This document shows positions 43,951-54,417 of a stretch of 64,000 nt of DNA, piece by piece (the stretch's first letter is position 1; the number at the start of each line of letters is the position of its first letter). The stretch lies in the NCBI RefSeq assembly GCF_009931435.1, contig NZ_CP043414.1. One strand, written 5' to 3'. Under the pieces are notes generated by a model. It was given only the letters and a program-made list of their open reading frames with translations. It made no database searches and was not told the origin of the DNA. Position numbers and translations under genes: made by a program. This stretch comes from Escherichia coli (GTDB lineage: Bacteria; Pseudomonadota; Gammaproteobacteria; Enterobacterales; Enterobacteriaceae).

Positions 43951-46900
43951 CTATTCTGGCGTACCCGTTATTGTCATCGTCTGCAACGGTCCATCCACCC
44001 GATAAAAAGGCAGTCCACTATGAGCTCCTCTGACACACTCATCTAAAGTTTTCGCCGCACGCGATTCAATTATTGTAATAACCCTTGCCTCTTCTTTATT
44101 ATCATATTTCTTATCCGTCCGACTTAAAAGAGCCATGAAATTTTCTTTATCAAGAAGGTAATACTGTGCATGTGCAAACTCATGCCCCAAACCTAATGCA
44201 GGCGATTGTGATTTCGAGTTTAATTCAGTTGAACAAAATAAAGACGCTCTACTATTCCAATATATCGTCATATTATTCGAATTAAATCTACCATTGGTTC
44301 CTTCAATATACTCTATATTTATAGTTTCTTCAGAGCTTGATAAAAAATCTATAGCATCTTTCATTCGTGAATCTTTTTCTAAATACTTAACAGCCTGATT
44401 AAAATCACTTGGATCACCATTAACCTCGAATTTTAAACCCAAAGAATCTATAAACCGAACAGGGTTTAATGGATATTTATACAGATTCCATTCACCTCTT
44501 AGCCCGATTGGATCCTGCGTGATATACCTCCCCTGCAACGGGTCATAGTACCGGTGACGGTTGTAGTACAGCCCCGACTCCTCATCATACTGCTGCCCTG
44601 GCAGACGGTACGGCTGTTGCAGGTGCTCCGGGTTTTCCTCTCCCAGCAGGTTTCCCCACTCGTCATACTCCCCGCGCCACGCCGTTTCCCCTTCCGGGCT
44701 GATAAGCGCCTGCGGCAGCCCACGGTGGTCACAGTGGTAAAGATGAAGTTTCCTCTCCGGGATGTATTCTTCCTCCATCTGGTTGTTCATCTGTTCCGCC
44801 GTCAGCCCGCACTGCGCAAGCCATGCTTCACTCTCCGCACTCACCGCACCCGCGCGCAGTTCCCGCTCCAGCCTCCCCAGCATCACCGACAGCTCCGCCG
44901 GGAGCGTCACACCCGTGTCCTCCTGCAACACCTCCGCCAGGCTACGGTGCCGCGCCTTCGCCTGTTCGCCATTCTCTGTTTCGATTCTCAGGAGCGGCGT
45001 GAAGCTTCCCGGCTGATAAATCGTCTGGATACGTGTGGTGCCGGTCTGTACCGTCGTCAGCCTGTCACCGTCCCACCCGTACCATGTCTCCTCCGGTTTA
45101 CGCGACAGCGACATCCATCCCGTCAGGTCACGCTCCCGCCGCCACACCCGTTTTCCCGTCCTGCGGCCCAGCGGGTCGTAAAGGTAGCGGCTCTCCACCT
45201 GCGGCTCGCCGTGCTGTATCCGCGTGTAGAACACCAGACGGTGCTGGCTGTCGTAATGGTAGTGGTGGGTGCGCTCGTCGTGCATCCGTATCACCCCTTC
45301 CGGGATACGGTCCGTCTTCTCCGCCAGCCTGCCGTATTCATCGTGGCGGTAGACATAGTGCGCATCTTCCGCGATGCGGTTATCCGGCCACGCCGTGAAG
45401 GTGCTGTCCGGGTGCAGTTCCGGGTCCGGCAGCCGGTTTCCTGCCGGGTCCGTCGCATACGGGATATCAATGTCCAGGTTCGCTGCCGTGGTGTGGACGC
45501 CCGTCAGCCTTCCCGTGTCGCTGTAACGGTACTCCCGGCTCTCCTGCGGGCCGCTGATACGCACCAGTTGCCCGTTATCATTCCACGTATACTCACGGTC
45601 AAGCTGCGGAAGGTTCAGGTGCCTGCTCCGGAGCTGGCCTGTGAGGGTGTATGTGCTGGTCAGTTCATATGCGGCATTACTGCCTGCCATGCTGCCGAAG
45701 CTGCGCACCGTCTCACGGTGCAGCCTGTCCCGCGTGTACTCGACCAGCGGCGTTCCGCCCAGCTTCATCCCCGCAAGATAACCGCTGCCATACGTCAGCC
45801 ACTCCACCGGCGGCAGACCGTCCGGCTCCTGACGGGTCGCCAGCCCCTGTTCGCTGTACGCGTGCCCCGTCTCATGCTCCCACAGCATCTCCCCCGTCTC
45901 CGGGTTCTCCACCGTCTGCCGTTCGCCCGTCAGGCGGCCCTTATCGTCATAGCCGTAGTGGACCGCCACACGGTGGCCTTCACTGGTATGGCTGAGGGTG
46001 GTTAACCACCCGTGCTCATCATACTGCCACTGCTCTGCCGCTTCGCCGTTCACCGTCCGGTGCGTGATGCGGTCCGACGCATCGTAGTGCCAGAGGGTGA
46101 TAAGTCCCTCGTCTTCACTGCGGACAAGCTGCCCTGTGGCGCTGTACCGGTAACGCTGTGTCCGTCCGTCAAAGCCGCGCTGCTCCGTCAGGCGGTCCAC
46201 CGGGTCATACAGGAACGTGGACTGGCTGCCGTTCTCATTAGTCAGCGTGGTGATGCGCCCGGCGGCGTCATACCCCATGCTGCGCGTCAGACCGCCCTGC
46301 GTGGTGCTGATAGCTTTACCCCACGCATCATACTGTGTCTCACTGCGGCTGCCGTTCGGGGCAATGATAGCGGTGAGGTCGCCTGCGGCGCTGTACTCAT
46401 AACGGGTTTCACGCCCCTGCACATCCTTCTGACTGACCAGTTGACCACGCGGGTTATAACTGCTGTAAGTGCTGATGCCTTCTTCCCGGTGAACCGCCGT
46501 CCTCTGCCCGTACCGGTCGTACTCATACCGTGTCGTGTACCCCGAGCAGTCCGTGAAGGCCAGCAGTTGACCGTAGCGGCTCCATGCCATCTGTTTTGTA
46601 CTGCCCGTCGCATCCTGTATCCCTGTCGGCAGCTCACTCGCCGGGTCATCATAGCTGTACCGCGTCGTCTCACCGCTGCGCGAGGTCTCCGCCGCCAGCC
46701 TTCCCTTCTCATCATACTCCCGGCTGCTGCGAAGCCCGTCCGGGTACGTCACTGACGTCACCTGCCGCTGGCTGTTGTAGCCATACCGCACCGTCCTGCC
46801 GTCCGGCCCCGTCACCGCCGTCACCGCGCCCGACGCCATATGCAGGCTGTACTCCGTCCGCCGCCCCGCCGCATCCGTCTGCGCCTTCAGCCTCCCCGCC

Positions 46901-48207
46901 GCATCATACTCGCTGCGGGTGATGCTCCCGTCCGCATGCTCCTTCTTCACCACCCGCTTCAGGCCACCCTCGCCTTCCGTGTACAGCACCTCCCGCCTGT
47001 TCAGGCTGTCCGTGATGGTCACACGGTCCTGCCCGTACTCAAAGCGGTAGGCCAGCCCCTCCGGGTTGACCTGCTCCGTCACCCGACCGGTATCATCATA
47101 CCGGTAGCGGCTCTCCGGCCTCCCCGCATAATGGTGCGCCACCATCCGCCCGGCGTGCTCCGCATCATAAGTAAACCCGCGCACCTGCGTCCCGCTGCGG
47201 TCATACACCGCCAGCAACTCACCGCTGGCCGTGTACGTGTAGCGCGCCAGCGGCGCAGTCGGCTGTTCATCCGGGTATGCCGGGTCGTGTGTCAGCCACA
47301 CCGCCTCCAGCCGGATACCGTTATCGGCACCGTATTCTGTACCGGCGGGCAGCGTGTCGGGGAAAACCTGAGAAGAGGAAACAGAACGGGGACCGGCAGG
47401 GGAAGATAAAGACGTGGCGCGCTGTTTACGGCAGGCTTCCGCCCGCTGCGCCTGCGTGCTCAGCAACAGGTGAAAACGACGGCCCGCACCGTCCGTCCCC
47501 CCCGTCACCGCGCCCGCCACGTCACCCTCCGCTGCCCGGTGAAAGGCCAGCGTCCGACCAAAGCCATCCACCACGCCCGTCAGCACCCGGTATGCGGGCG
47601 GTTCCGGCGGCAGCACCTCGTCCGCCCCCGGCACCCGCTCCGGCCAGCTGAGTATCCACCACGGCCCCTGAAGGCTGTTTGTCGCCAGGTACACATGCGG
47701 ACTCAGGCGAACATCTTCCGGCAGCACCTGCCAGAGCGCGCTTAGCGGCTGCGAACTGTGCTGCTCCGCCCCCCCGCCCCGCGCCAGCCAGAACGACTCG
47801 CTGCGGCTGTAGCTTATCTCGCCGGGAAACAGCGGCTCAAAGTGAATGCTCCTGCCGCCGTTGTCGTTGAGTATCAGTTCCCGCTCATGAACCTGTAAGC
47901 GGATATCGAAGGGCGCTTTCCAGCCGGGGCCGAACACGCCCACCGGCGCGGGCGTCCTGGTCCGGTAACTGCTGTAAGCGCGGGAAAGAATAAACGGCAG
48001 CGGGCCGGGCAGTGCCAGGTCCGTCTCGCCCGGCAGCACCTTCGCACCCAGCACCGGGTTCACCGGGTTAGCATAGGTAATCCCTCCCGGACACACCGAG
48101 CAGGCCACTCCCGTCGGCGCACCTATCAGCACCCCTGCTGAACCCTGCACAATATCCAGTCCCTTGCGGGTCATGTCGCCCTGCCGCGCCGCCGGTTTTC
48201 CGCTCAT
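43951..48207 (-). CDS. PAAR-Rhs polymorphic toxin (Rhs2), HExxH-containing C-terminal domain
   Basis: 1418 aa; N-terminus carries a literal PAAR motif ([13 protein letters not shown]...GSAGVLIG); long YD-repeat core; core ends [27 protein letters not shown]; last about 160 aa unique, with HEFAH. Confidence 0.9.
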   Translation of the reverse strand: MSGKPAARQGDMTRKGLDIVQGSAGVLIGAPTGVACSVCPGGITYANPVNPVLGAKVLPGETDLALPGPLPFILSRAYSSYRTRTPAPVGVFGPGWKAPFDIRLQVHERELILNDNGGRSIHFEPLFPGEISYSRSESFWLARGGGAEQHSSQPLSALWQVLPEDVRLSPHVYLATNSLQGPWWILSWPERVPGADEVLPPEPPAYRVLTGVVDGFGRTLAFHRAAEGDVAGAVTGGTDGAGRRFHLLLSTQAQRAEACRKQRATSLSSPAGPRSVSSSQVFPDTLPAGTEYGADNGIRLEAVWLTHDPAYPDEQPTAPLARYTYTASGELLAVYDRSGTQVRGFTYDAEHAGRMVAHHYAGRPESRYRYDDTGRVTEQVNPEGLAYRFEYGQDRVTITDSLNRREVLYTEGEGGLKRVVKKEHADGSITRSEYDAAGRLKAQTDAAGRRTEYSLHMASGAVTAVTGPDGRTVRYGYNSQRQVTSVTYPDGLRSSREYDEKGRLAAETSRSGETTRYSYDDPASELPTGIQDATGSTKQMAWSRYGQLLAFTDCSGYTTRYEYDRYGQRTAVHREEGISTYSSYNPRGQLVSQKDVQGRETRYEYSAAGDLTAIIAPNGSRSETQYDAWGKAISTTQGGLTRSMGYDAAGRITTLTNENGSQSTFLYDPVDRLTEQRGFDGRTQRYRYSATGQLVRSEDEGLITLWHYDASDRITHRTVNGEAAEQWQYDEHGWLTTLSHTSEGHRVAVHYGYDDKGRLTGERQTVENPETGEMLWEHETGHAYSEQGLATRQEPDGLPPVEWLTYGSGYLAGMKLGGTPLVEYTRDRLHRETVRSFGSMAGSNAAYELTSTYTLTGQLRSRHLNLPQLDREYTWNDNGQLVRISGPQESREYRYSDTGRLTGVHTTAANLDIDIPYATDPAGNRLPDPELHPDSTFTAWPDNRIAEDAHYVYRHDEYGRLAEKTDRIPEGVIRMHDERTHHYHYDSQHRLVFYTRIQHGEPQVESRYLYDPLGRRTGKRVWRRERDLTGWMSLSRKPEETWYGWDGDRLTTVQTGTTRIQTIYQPGSFTPLLRIETENGEQAKARHRSLAEVLQEDTGVTLPAELSVMLGRLERELRAGAVSAESEAWLAQCGLTAEQMNNQMEEEYIPERKLHLYHCDHRGLPQALISPEGETAWRGEYDEWGNLLGEENPEHLQQPYRLPGQQYDEESGLYYNRHRYYDPLQGRYITQDPIGLRGEWNLYKYPLNPVRFIDSLGLKFEVNGDPSDFNQAVKYLEKDSRMKDAIDFLSSSEETINIEYIEGTNGRFNSNNMTIYWNSRASLFCSTELNSKSQSPALGLGHEFAHAQYYLLDKENFMALLSRTDKKYDNKEEARVITIIESRAAKTLDECVRGAHSGLPFYRVDGPLQTMTITGTPE
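44497..47450. repeat. Rhs core direct repeat, copy A (paired with 50623-53580)
   Basis: Track shows identical 483-aa antisense ORFs at 44554-46005 and 50680-52131, so at least 1.45 kb is nucleotide-identical between the two Rhs genes; flanking core highly similar with scattered substitutions. Outer boundaries approximate. Confidence 0.8.
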
Positions 48208-48330
48208 GGTTTATTCCTCTTCCTCTGAATAAACTTATTTTTGATGCACTAATGATTTTCAAAAGAGATTTATATTTAACGACAATTCAGCACTTTTAAT
48301 GTAAAAGATCCCCGGCTGAATGATATTCAC

Positions 48331-49323
48331 TCATTGTTTGTTATCAGAAAGTGTTTTATACAGCGGCACATATCCCACGTCTTCCACAAGACTTTGCCCC
48401 TGAGGGCTTAAAAACCAGTCCACTAGTTTTTGTGTTTCCGGTGTCGGCTTTTCGCGGGTGACCATGTAGGCATCCACCACATACGGATAAGTACCGTTGC
48501 GGATATTCTCCACCGTTGGTGCAATACCATTTATTGCCAGCAGCTTAAGATTTGGGCTTATATCCTTATTCATCTGTGTGACATAATAGCGGAAGGTGTA
48601 ACCAATTGAAGGCTGCGTATTCCGGTAGGCAATTACTTTGGTTAACACTCCATTCATAAGGCTTACTTCTGTAGATGTTCTGGCGGGTAGCATCGGTGTC
48701 TCTTTCATCACCTTTGCCAGCATCACCGTCTGGCTACCGGAATCTTCCGGACGCTGCCAGACCTGAATGCGCTCATCACTGCCACCAACCTGACTCCAGC
48801 GGGTGATTTTACCGCTGAAGATATCCCGAACCTGCTGTTCAGTAAAAGAACTGACCGGATTACTGGCGTTAACGATAAAAACAAAGGCTTCGTGGGCGAA
48901 GGGGGTATAAACCAGTTTCACCCCGGCATCGGCAGCCCGTTGTTTTTGTCCTGCGGAAGGCTGGGCAACAAAAATAACATCGGCCTGGCGCTTTATGAGA
49001 TCATTATAGGCTTCTGGTGTACGAGTCGGATACATATAATTCAAACCCGGATCTTGATGGTTATCCCCGGGGATCAAATATCGGTAAGCTGAAGCATACA
49101 GTGGATATAACGCGGTTGCACCACATACCCGGGGCCATTTATTCGAGTTATCAGTGTAGCGTAAAGTGGGTTCTCCTCGTATATTGGTTTTCTCCCAACT
49201 CACTGTTTCTTTTACGCTGTTATCGCCCCCGCCGTCTACACATCCTGACATTAATACCGTCATATAAAATAATACTGGTAACAGGCCCACCCTACGCATA
49301 CAATGATTTAATAAATACGCCAT
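48331..49323 (-). CDS. PstS-like (phosphate-binding-protein fold) putative lipoprotein, orphan
   Basis: Track ORF 48331-49365; start placed at ATG 49323 (GAGG SD 5-6 nt upstream) giving MAYLLNHCMRRVGLLPVLFYMTVLMSGC with lipobox-like LMSGC; PstS-like motifs (VIFVAQPSAGQ..., FTEQQVRDIFSGKITRWSQVGGSDERIQVW); no ABC transporter genes nearby. Confidence 0.55.
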   Translation of the reverse strand: MAYLLNHCMRRVGLLPVLFYMTVLMSGCVDGGGDNSVKETVSWEKTNIRGEPTLRYTDNSNKWPRVCGATALYPLYASAYRYLIPGDNHQDPGLNYMYPTRTPEAYNDLIKRQADVIFVAQPSAGQKQRAADAGVKLVYTPFAHEAFVFIVNASNPVSSFTEQQVRDIFSGKITRWSQVGGSDERIQVWQRPEDSGSQTVMLAKVMKETPMLPARTSTEVSLMNGVLTKVIAYRNTQPSIGYTFRYYVTQMNKDISPNLKLLAINGIAPTVENIRNGTYPYVVDAYMVTREKPTPETQKLVDWFLSPQGQSLVEDVGYVPLYKTLSDNKQ

Positions 49324-49627
49324 ATACCTCACTCTAAAATATTGATTATATAAATACATATGCATAATTATATTTACATCAAATTCTGAATGAACAATTT
49401 AAATTTAGAGAAAGTGAAATTTAATTTTTCGATACTTCCGCATACATATTCCCCTCGCTAAAAAATCATCATTCCACAATCAATCATTAATTACAACTCA
49501 ATATACATCATTTAACTTTCATTAAACTCGCAATTTATTATTACATTGTAGCCATTATGAACTGTCATCACGCACACACTCTACATACACATTAGAAACA
49601 ATATAACCCCATGAGCCATCCTCCGTT

Positions 49628-50074
49628 TCAATACTTAGTGCAGCGTGTCTTAAGGAAATTAGAAGCCACAACATCAATCTTTTCTTTTAAGACTAAATCA
49701 TCCACATAATCACAAGACAAATAGAAGTCATTACCATCGGCCATTATAAATATCCTCATAGGTAAAGATTTATCATTATCAACATGAGCATTCGTAATAA
49801 TCCAATAATAAGGAAATCTAACATTTTTTGTAGGAATACCCAATAAATCATAAGCTTTATTATTATATTCTATCGCTCCCTTAACAAACGTTGGTTTGAC
49901 CTCCTTACCAATAATGCGATGCGACGTATATTCTTCCTTCTCAGCAAACGATTGCATTAATGCCCATATAGGTTTATTTGCCAGCTCACCGTGATGAAAA
50001 ATCCGATAAAAATACACTCCTAAAAAAAATATTAAGCCTAAGCAAACCAATACCATGAGGCAGTTCTTACTCAT
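49628..50074 (-). CDS. Putative membrane-anchored immunity protein for the Rhs1 C-terminal toxin
   Basis: 148 aa; ATGA start/stop overlap with Rhs1; single N-terminal TM helix ([19 protein letters not shown]); AT-rich. No recognised family. Confidence 0.55.
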   Translation of the reverse strand: MSKNCLMVLVCLGLIFFLGVYFYRIFHHGELANKPIWALMQSFAEKEEYTSHRIIGKEVKPTFVKGAIEYNNKAYDLLGIPTKNVRFPYYWIITNAHVDNDKSLPMRIFIMADGNDFYLSCDYVDDLVLKEKIDVVASNFLKTRCTKY

Positions 50075-53000
50075 TGATTAAAATCCGTAAAATTAGAAGG
50101 AACAGGGCCATTCTCAGGTGAAAACAATGGAGATGTATTTGATACTCGTGATGCTATCATTTCTACAGTAGCAGGAAGATACATTGGCATTCCATTATCA
50201 CCACCTAGCGGATCAGTTGAAGTTAAAATTTCATTTATTGAATCTACTGAGACTCCCGCATGCAACATTGCCTCAATAACCATTGTTGCACAATTGTGCG
50301 TAAAATAGTTATAGTCACTTCTATCTACTTTATATTTTTCATCAATGTACTTAATCATTGCTTTCTCTTGTTCTGGCGTGGTTTTAATTGTATATATCCT
50401 CGTGCTTCTACGTTGTGCTTGTTCAGTTAAATAAGCTATGACACTCCCTCCACGTGGGGTAGCGGTTCCATAGCTATATACCCCTTTTCCAGTAAATGCC
50501 ATCGCAGAATGCCCTAATGGATTACCACTCGTGGGTCCCCCAGCAAAAATAAGGGTATCCAAACCAAGTGGATCTATATTTATAGTTGGATTCCACGGAT
50601 ATTTATAAAGATTCCATCCCCCCGCAAGCCCGATTGGATCCTGCGTGATATACCTCCCCTGCAACGGGTCATAGTACCGGTGACGGTTGTAGTACAGCCC
50701 CGACTCCTCATCATACTGCTGCCCTGGCAGACGGTACGGCTGTTGCAGGTGCTCCGGGTTTTCCTCTCCCAGCAGGTTTCCCCACTCGTCATACTCCCCG
50801 CGCCACGCCGTTTCCCCTTCCGGGCTGATAAGCGCCTGCGGCAGCCCACGGTGGTCACAGTGGTAAAGATGAAGTTTCCTCTCCGGGATGTATTCTTCCT
50901 CCATCTGGTTGTTCATCTGTTCCGCCGTCAGCCCGCACTGCGCAAGCCATGCTTCACTCTCCGCACTCACCGCACCCGCGCGCAGTTCCCGCTCCAGCCT
51001 CCCCAGCATCACCGACAGCTCCGCCGGGAGCGTCACACCCGTGTCCTCCTGCAACACCTCCGCCAGGCTACGGTGCCGCGCCTTCGCCTGTTCGCCATTC
51101 TCTGTTTCGATTCTCAGGAGCGGCGTGAAGCTTCCCGGCTGATAAATCGTCTGGATACGTGTGGTGCCGGTCTGTACCGTCGTCAGCCTGTCACCGTCCC
51201 ACCCGTACCATGTCTCCTCCGGTTTACGCGACAGCGACATCCATCCCGTCAGGTCACGCTCCCGCCGCCACACCCGTTTTCCCGTCCTGCGGCCCAGCGG
51301 GTCGTAAAGGTAGCGGCTCTCCACCTGCGGCTCGCCGTGCTGTATCCGCGTGTAGAACACCAGACGGTGCTGGCTGTCGTAATGGTAGTGGTGGGTGCGC
51401 TCGTCGTGCATCCGTATCACCCCTTCCGGGATACGGTCCGTCTTCTCCGCCAGCCTGCCGTATTCATCGTGGCGGTAGACATAGTGCGCATCTTCCGCGA
51501 TGCGGTTATCCGGCCACGCCGTGAAGGTGCTGTCCGGGTGCAGTTCCGGGTCCGGCAGCCGGTTTCCTGCCGGGTCCGTCGCATACGGGATATCAATGTC
51601 CAGGTTCGCTGCCGTGGTGTGGACGCCCGTCAGCCTTCCCGTGTCGCTGTAACGGTACTCCCGGCTCTCCTGCGGGCCGCTGATACGCACCAGTTGCCCG
51701 TTATCATTCCACGTATACTCACGGTCAAGCTGCGGAAGGTTCAGGTGCCTGCTCCGGAGCTGGCCTGTGAGGGTGTATGTGCTGGTCAGTTCATATGCGG
51801 CATTACTGCCTGCCATGCTGCCGAAGCTGCGCACCGTCTCACGGTGCAGCCTGTCCCGCGTGTACTCGACCAGCGGCGTTCCGCCCAGCTTCATCCCCGC
51901 AAGATAACCGCTGCCATACGTCAGCCACTCCACCGGCGGCAGACCGTCCGGCTCCTGACGGGTCGCCAGCCCCTGTTCGCTGTACGCGTGCCCCGTCTCA
52001 TGCTCCCACAGCATCTCCCCCGTCTCCGGGTTCTCCACCGTCTGCCGTTCGCCCGTCAGGCGGCCCTTATCGTCATAGCCGTAGTGGACCGCCACACGGT
52101 GGCCTTCACTGGTATGGCTGAGGGTGGTTAACCACCCGTGCTCATCATACTGCCACTGCTCTGCCGCTTCGCCGTTCACCGTCCGGTGCGTGATGCGGTC
52201 CGACGTATCGTAGTGCCAGAGGGTGATAAGCCCCTCGTCTTCACTGCGGACAAGCTGCCCTGCGGCGCTGTACCGGTAACGCTGTGTCCTGCCATCAAAG
52301 CCGCGCTGCTCCGTCAGGCGGTCCAGCACATCATAGGTAAACTCACTCCGGCTGCCGTTCTCGTTGGTCAGCACGGTGATGCGCCCGGCGGCGTCATACC
52401 CCATGCTGCGCGTCAGCCCGCCCTGCGTGGTGCTGACGGCCTTTCCCCACGCATCATACTGTGTCTCACTGCGGCTGCCGTCCGGGGCAATGATAGCGGT
52501 GAGGTCGCCTGCGGCGCTGTACTCATAACGGGTTTCACGCCCCTGCACATCCTTCTGACTGACCAGTTGACCACGCGGGTTATAACTGCTGTAAGTGCTG
52601 ATGCCTTCTTCCCGGTGAACCGCCGTCCTCTGCCCGTACCGGTCGTACTCATACCGTGTCGTGTACCCCGAGCAGTCCGTGAAGGCCAGCAGTTGACCGT
52701 AGCGGCTCCATGCCATCTGTTTTGTACTGCCCGTCGCATCCTGTATCCCTGTCGGCAGCTCACTCGCCGGGTCATCATAGCTGTACCGCGTCGTCTCACC
52801 GCTGCGTGAGGTCTCCGCCGCCAGCCTTCCCTTCTCGTCATACTCCCGGCTGCTGCGCAGCCCGTCCGGGTACGTCACTGACGTCACCTGCCGCTGGCTG
52901 TTGTAGCCATACCGCACCGTCCTGCCGTCCGGCCCCGTCACCGCCGTCACCGCGCCCGACGCCATATGTATCCGGTACTCCGTCCGCCGTCCCGCCGCAT

Positions 53001-54342
53001 CCGTCTGCGCCTTCAGCCTCCCCGCCTCATCATACCCGCTGCGGGTGATGCTCCCGTCCGCATGCTCCTTCTTCACCACACGCTTCAGGCCACCCTCGCC
53101 CTCCGTGTACAGCACCTCCCGCCTGTTCAGGCTGTCCGTGATGGTCACACGGTCCTGCCCGTACTCAAAGCGGTAGTCCAGTCCCTCCGGGTTGACCTGC
53201 TCCGTCACCCGCCCGGTATCATCATACCGGTAGCGGCTCTCCGGCCTCCCCGCATAATGGTGCGCCACCATCCGCCCGGCGTGCTCCGCATCATAAGTAA
53301 ACCCGCGCACCTGCGTCCCGCTGCGGTCATACACCGCCAGCAACTCACCGCTGGCCGTGTACGTGTAGCGCGCCAGCGGCGCAGTCGGCTGTTCATCCGG
53401 GTATGCCGGGTCGTGTGTCAGCCACACCGCCTCCAGACGGATACCGTTATCGGCACCGTATTCTGTACCGGCGGGCAGCGTGTCGGGGAAAACCTGAGAA
53501 GAGGAAACAGAACGGGGACCGGCAGGGGAAGATAAAGACGTGGCGCGCTGTTTACGGAAGGCTTCCGCCCGCTGCGCCTGCGTGCTCAGCAACAGGTGAA
53601 AACGACGGCCCGCACCGTCCGTCACCCCCGTCACCGCGCCCGCCACGTCACCCTCTGCCACCCGGTGGAAAGTCATCGTCCGACCAAAGCCATCCACCAC
53701 GCCCGTCAGTACCCGGTATGCGGGTGGCTCCGGCGGCAGCACCTCGTCCACTTCCGGCACCCGCTCCGGCCAGCCGAGCACCAGCCACTGCCCGGTTGTG
53801 CTGACAGCCATCATATAGGTGTGTGGACTCAGGCGGACCGCTTCCGGCAGCGCCCGCCAGAACCGCGCAAGCGGGTGTCCTTTATGCTGTTTCAGCACCC
53901 CGCCCCGCGCCAGCCAGAACGACTCGCTGCGGCTGTAGCTTATCTCGCCGGGAAACAGGGGTTCAAAGTGGATGCTCCGGCCACCGCTGTCGTTAAGTAT
54001 CAGTTCACGCTCACAAATCTGTAAGCGGATGTCGGAGGGGGCTTTCCAGCCGGGGCCGAATATCCCCACCGGGGCTGGCGTCTTCGTCCGGTAACTGCTG
54101 TAGGCGCGGAAAAGGATGAACGGCAACGGGCCGGATAGTGCCAGGTCGGTTTCAGCAGGCAGTACCTTCGCTCCCAGCAGCGGGTTTACCGGATTGCCAT
54201 ATTTCGGCGTGGCTTCCCCTGTGGGACACACCGAGCAGGCAACCCCCGTCGGCGCACCTATCAGCACCCCTGCTGAACCCTGCACAATATCCAGTCCCTT
54301 GCGGGTCATGTCACCCTGCCGCGCCGCCGGTTTTCCGCCCAT
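50071..54342 (-). CDS. PAAR-Rhs polymorphic toxin (Rhs1), His/Cys-containing C-terminal domain
   Basis: 1423 aa; PAAR motif at N-terminus ([13 protein letters not shown]...); YD-repeat core; core ends [27 protein letters not shown]; last about 162 aa unique (…[11 protein letters not shown]…[11 protein letters not shown]…); GAAGGA SD; 75 nt downstream of vgrG. Confidence 0.9.
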   Translation of the reverse strand: MGGKPAARQGDMTRKGLDIVQGSAGVLIGAPTGVACSVCPTGEATPKYGNPVNPLLGAKVLPAETDLALSGPLPFILFRAYSSYRTKTPAPVGIFGPGWKAPSDIRLQICERELILNDSGGRSIHFEPLFPGEISYSRSESFWLARGGVLKQHKGHPLARFWRALPEAVRLSPHTYMMAVSTTGQWLVLGWPERVPEVDEVLPPEPPAYRVLTGVVDGFGRTMTFHRVAEGDVAGAVTGVTDGAGRRFHLLLSTQAQRAEAFRKQRATSLSSPAGPRSVSSSQVFPDTLPAGTEYGADNGIRLEAVWLTHDPAYPDEQPTAPLARYTYTASGELLAVYDRSGTQVRGFTYDAEHAGRMVAHHYAGRPESRYRYDDTGRVTEQVNPEGLDYRFEYGQDRVTITDSLNRREVLYTEGEGGLKRVVKKEHADGSITRSGYDEAGRLKAQTDAAGRRTEYRIHMASGAVTAVTGPDGRTVRYGYNSQRQVTSVTYPDGLRSSREYDEKGRLAAETSRSGETTRYSYDDPASELPTGIQDATGSTKQMAWSRYGQLLAFTDCSGYTTRYEYDRYGQRTAVHREEGISTYSSYNPRGQLVSQKDVQGRETRYEYSAAGDLTAIIAPDGSRSETQYDAWGKAVSTTQGGLTRSMGYDAAGRITVLTNENGSRSEFTYDVLDRLTEQRGFDGRTQRYRYSAAGQLVRSEDEGLITLWHYDTSDRITHRTVNGEAAEQWQYDEHGWLTTLSHTSEGHRVAVHYGYDDKGRLTGERQTVENPETGEMLWEHETGHAYSEQGLATRQEPDGLPPVEWLTYGSGYLAGMKLGGTPLVEYTRDRLHRETVRSFGSMAGSNAAYELTSTYTLTGQLRSRHLNLPQLDREYTWNDNGQLVRISGPQESREYRYSDTGRLTGVHTTAANLDIDIPYATDPAGNRLPDPELHPDSTFTAWPDNRIAEDAHYVYRHDEYGRLAEKTDRIPEGVIRMHDERTHHYHYDSQHRLVFYTRIQHGEPQVESRYLYDPLGRRTGKRVWRRERDLTGWMSLSRKPEETWYGWDGDRLTTVQTGTTRIQTIYQPGSFTPLLRIETENGEQAKARHRSLAEVLQEDTGVTLPAELSVMLGRLERELRAGAVSAESEAWLAQCGLTAEQMNNQMEEEYIPERKLHLYHCDHRGLPQALISPEGETAWRGEYDEWGNLLGEENPEHLQQPYRLPGQQYDEESGLYYNRHRYYDPLQGRYITQDPIGLAGGWNLYKYPWNPTINIDPLGLDTLIFAGGPTSGNPLGHSAMAFTGKGVYSYGTATPRGGSVIAYLTEQAQRRSTRIYTIKTTPEQEKAMIKYIDEKYKVDRSDYNYFTHNCATMVIEAMLHAGVSVDSINEILTSTDPLGGDNGMPMYLPATVEMIASRVSNTSPLFSPENGPVPSNFTDFNQ
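50623..53580. repeat. Rhs core direct repeat, copy B (paired with 44497-47450)
   Basis: See copy A; same orientation, about 6.1 kb apart. Confidence 0.8.
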
Positions 54343-54417
54343 GAATCAATTCCTTCTGCTTTTAATATGGTTCATCTGGCCACTGCACCAGTTCCGTTTT
54401 AATTTTTTGCACCTGAC

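Noticed and set aside
44554-47745. Long ORFs antisense to Rhs2 (for example 44554-46005 of 483 aa, 46012-46755, 46840-47409, 47277-47651)
   Set aside because: They lie opposite a strongly conserved YD-repeat Rhs coding sequence, are Pro/Arg/Ala-rich low-complexity translations typical of the reverse strand of GC-rich DNA, and have no start or RBS context.
50680-54024. Matching antisense ORFs inside Rhs1 (50680-52131, 52138-52809, 52966-53535, 53596-54024)
   Set aside because: Same reasoning; their identity to the Rhs2 antisense ORFs only reflects the direct repeat.
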